Origin: Rotaria socialis | Taxonomy: Eukaryota | Assembly: GCA_905331295.1 (NCBI GenBank) | Contig: CAJNYD010000124.1 | Location: forward strand, 1-57,412 | Reading direction: 5' to 3' | Length of the DNA stretch: 57,412 bases | Part shown: positions 54,101 through 57,412 of the stretch, piece by piece | How the letters are laid out: every line of letters begins with the position of its first letter | How positions within the stretch are numbered: position 1 is the first letter of the stretch | The notes under the pieces: model-generated | The model's database searches: none | What the model saw: the letters and a program-made list of their open reading frames with translations, nothing else | What the model was told of the DNA's origin: nothing | Translations under genes and position numbers: made by a program

Positions 54101-57100
54101 ATATTCCTTTTTGTTTTATTTATTCAAAGAATTGAAAACAAAACTTTATTGTTCGATAATATGAAGTTCAAGAAAATCTTTTACGCTTCGCTGTTATCAA
54201 AAATTAAACTAGATATTTTATGCAACAGATCAATGGTTATGAAACTAGTTCTATGTTAACATAGATTACTTCATAACTAAGCTTACGATATCTAATAAAA
54301 CTACTTAACATATATATTTTTGGAAAATATTCAAGACCAATACAGATTGTATTTTGAATGCTGTATTTAATTTAATTTTCATTTTACGTTCTTTGGCAAC
54401 AATTGACACGAAAGTTTTTCATGAATATATACCTCATCAAAAACGGGGAAGCCAAGTTGCTTTTGACTTCAGAAAAGTATCCAATGTTTTGTAATTTTGA
54501 CTTTGCATATTCAAAGAAACTGTTTAACTATCTATGAGTTGATTTTGATTTTTTCGTTTTTTCACTTGACTTGACTCAAAACTTGATAATTGAGTGCATG
54601 CCAAGTCATATTTATCTCGTCAGCTAAAACTTATATTCGATCAGAACCACGTCAAGCCATACTTTTATTCTCACATGTAAATTTCGCTGATAATATTTGA
54701 GCATAATTATCAGTCGGCAACAACACTTCGAGCATGCTTTCGATGACAAGCAAGAATTATCTGAGGTCTAAAAAATTTTTGGAGATTGAAAAATCAAAAA
54801 TTTCATACGGTTAAATTTTTTTTAAATATGATATTATAATCATGTTTATCTTACGGAGAATGATAAATTCTTGAATCGATTCATTTCTATTGATCGGTAT
54901 AAATAATAAAAAAAACTGATGTAAAATTTTTTCGATAAATTCATAAGCAAATGATGAAATTTGAAAAAATGTTTAAGCAAACACTTTAAGACTTAAGTTG
55001 GTTTCAGTTGGAAATTTTTATTATGTATCAATGAATTGACTTCAAATGTTGTTTTTCGTTTACCTACAACTTCACTTCATCTGACTTCAGATTTTCTAAA
55101 AGAACTGGCTCTCATTCAGCAACGTATAATGGGCAATATTTGAATTTCAAGTAACAGCCGATGACGAAATAACAACTGAAATTTTCTTATTCTTAGTTTC
55201 CGACTCAATATTATTATTATTTAATTTGCATAGTAATTTTTGGCAGTGTTCGCTGATTCCGACAAAAATGGAATCGATTTAAAATAAAAAATTGGAACTG
55301 TCGATAACTCAATAGATACGATAACTTTTGAGCTGTGCTGATGAATCCTCTTTTTTTTATTTTCATGATTAAACATGTAGAGTATTGTTTTCGTGAAGTA
55401 CTGAAATGTATCATGTCGTCTGTATTGTCAACCATTTAATTTAAAAAAATTCTCAAAATCTGTTTAAAATTGTGTATTCATCTGATGATTTAACAGTTTT
55501 AATTCCACATGACATTTTAGGAACCTTTTTTCTCATTTTTAGCAATTGAAATCGAGATTTCAACTAATTTTTCGAACTGTCAAACTCTCCCTTTAAGTCT
55601 CTAGTTTGATGTGAAAGATGTAATAATAATAATATATTTCCATTTTTTAATCATAATTTCTGATAATAATACTGCCTTTATACATAATTCTATGATGAAA
55701 GAAAATAACTGTATCGTTATGCATTATCCTATTATTTGACATTAACGATAGAACATACAATCGGTATAGACAACATACTGGATCAATCGATTGATTAAAT
55801 TTAAAAAATTAAACTCAGCAAATGTTATTGAATATTTTTTTAGAGATAAAGATTGATCATTCCGACCCCTCATCTGAATACATCATTGATTCTGAATAAT
55901 CGTTCATATGCTTGCTATGCTTCCGATATGTTTCCCTTCATCGTCTGTCTACCCTTCAATATTTCCACGATACATAAAAATTCAAATTTCATTAATATTA
56001 ATTTAAGTTTAGCTATTAAATAAACCTCTAAAATAAAATTTGACCAAAATGAATTGAATGAAGTACAATATTATGTGAATTTGTATTTTGAAATTTTACA
56101 ACTTGCTTTTTTAAAATATTTTATGATTAATATATTAGCTGTGAAGTTTGTATTCCTGAGTATATAATTTATTTTTCATTGATCACATTGAGATATACTT
56201 TACCATCAAATCAAGTTTATTGAATACGATAATACATTTACACATATATTTTTTGTATGAAAATAGTTTTTAAAACTAAAACCATTCAAATGACATTTTA
56301 ATATTCAAATATATTTGTACGAAAACAAGGTTACATTGATGACCTACATTTAAAGTAGAACGTATCCTAGTCATATATTTCATTTTTCAAATTTATTTGA
56401 TAAATATTTAAACGATTGAATATGTAAATACTAACATCGTAAATTAAACTTGGAGTTAGATGATATTGAAGCTTAAGAAAAATACAAAACTCGCCGGCAT
56501 TGATTTTAGAAAATTTAATGAAATTAATATTCAATAAAAAATTATTAAATTTATATAAAAATATTTTATTATTGTTATTTATTGAATAATCACAAAGAAA
56601 ACAAATTTAATTATTAAGAAGTCTAAATTACATATACGTATATGTAATGTTGTCTACAGAGATAAAAATCAAAACCAAAGACGAAATCTTGATATTTCTA
56701 TATGAAGTTGGCTATTAGGAAAACGTTTTTGAACCATAGAACGATATGGTTCTACTTTTTCAGGATCAGTGTACCAATAAATATCGAGATAAACGAATTC
56801 TTTCAATTGTTCGACCAATTCACAAAGATTTTGTTCAAAGAGAGTAACATGTTGAGCTAAAAATAAATCAATTTTTTAATCATTTATTTAAAATTTGTCT
56901 CTTGTACATACCAATTGATTCAGGTTTTCTCAAAGATAGTATCCATCGTCTACACAAAACATGACGTAAGAATTTTTTCTTATAGCTTGGTCGAACTTAA
57001 ACAAACAAAAATATTCAATACTGATTTTGATTATGAATAAGTTTCTCAATTCAAGACATTATTTTATTATTTATCAAACAAATGAATAGAAAACAATTTA

Positions 57101-57412
57101 AGGGAAGCGGGAGGAGGTATTTTCCAACATCGATGTCTTTAATTTTTTAGAAGAATCTCAATGTTTGATCGTTTTCTCAAACTAATCATTTATGTTATCA
57201 AATATTCAATATTATAAAAGAAAATGAAGGCATTATATTTTGATTGAAATATGACTGTTGAAGAGAACTATTAAAAGACGAATTTTAGATTTACGGACTA
57301 GAAACATATTCGATGAAAAAATTTCTCTATCCAGATTCGGACTTGGTCAAAAGAGATTTTTTGGATCCAGACACGACCGGGTTTGGATAGTTTTGTACGG
57401 CTATAGCTTTGA

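Noticed and set aside
53600..57412. Possible TE remnants (TTTTGACTT-like motifs near 54460-54590) or RNA genes in the terminal non-coding region
   Set aside because: No terminal repeats, transposase or RT fragments, or tRNA/rRNA signatures could be supported by eye.
1..57412. CRISPR arrays or prokaryotic operons/defence systems
   Set aside because: The sequence is intron-rich eukaryotic DNA with no regularly spaced repeat-spacer array.

Overview
This is AT-rich eukaryotic genomic DNA with many short (~50-70 nt) GT-AG introns. The gene content and intron style suggest a bdelloid rotifer, which is an inference from the sequence alone. From left to right it contains: possible TE remnants, the 3' end of a mucin/vWF-like cystine-knot gene, an unknown single-pass membrane gene, and a tightly packed minus-strand cluster DRAP1-NUDCD1-INTS15(C7orf26)-SYF2. 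These are followed by PRDX4, an unknown small gene, a membrane-anchored SBP56/methanethiol-oxidase-like beta-propeller of apparently non-metazoan type, an intronless LHFPL tetraspan and an unknown two-exon gene. Next come two tandem paralogues with a PB1/ubiquitin-like N-terminus and a C-terminal CCCH finger, two tandem divergent SETDB1 paralogues, a FERM-PDZ-PTP phosphatase (PTPN3/4-like) and about 6 kb of non-coding DNA. The main points of interest are (1) an operon-like four-gene cluster with apparently unpaired splice acceptors, a candidate SL trans-spliced polycistron; (2) a SETDB1 pair with very different MBD loops; (3) a candidate horizontally acquired SBP56-like gene that gained introns and a membrane anchor; and (4) an uncharacterised CCCH family with a 5-nt microexon inside the finger. 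Exon boundaries were read by eye, and family assignments come from recalled motifs rather than database searches.
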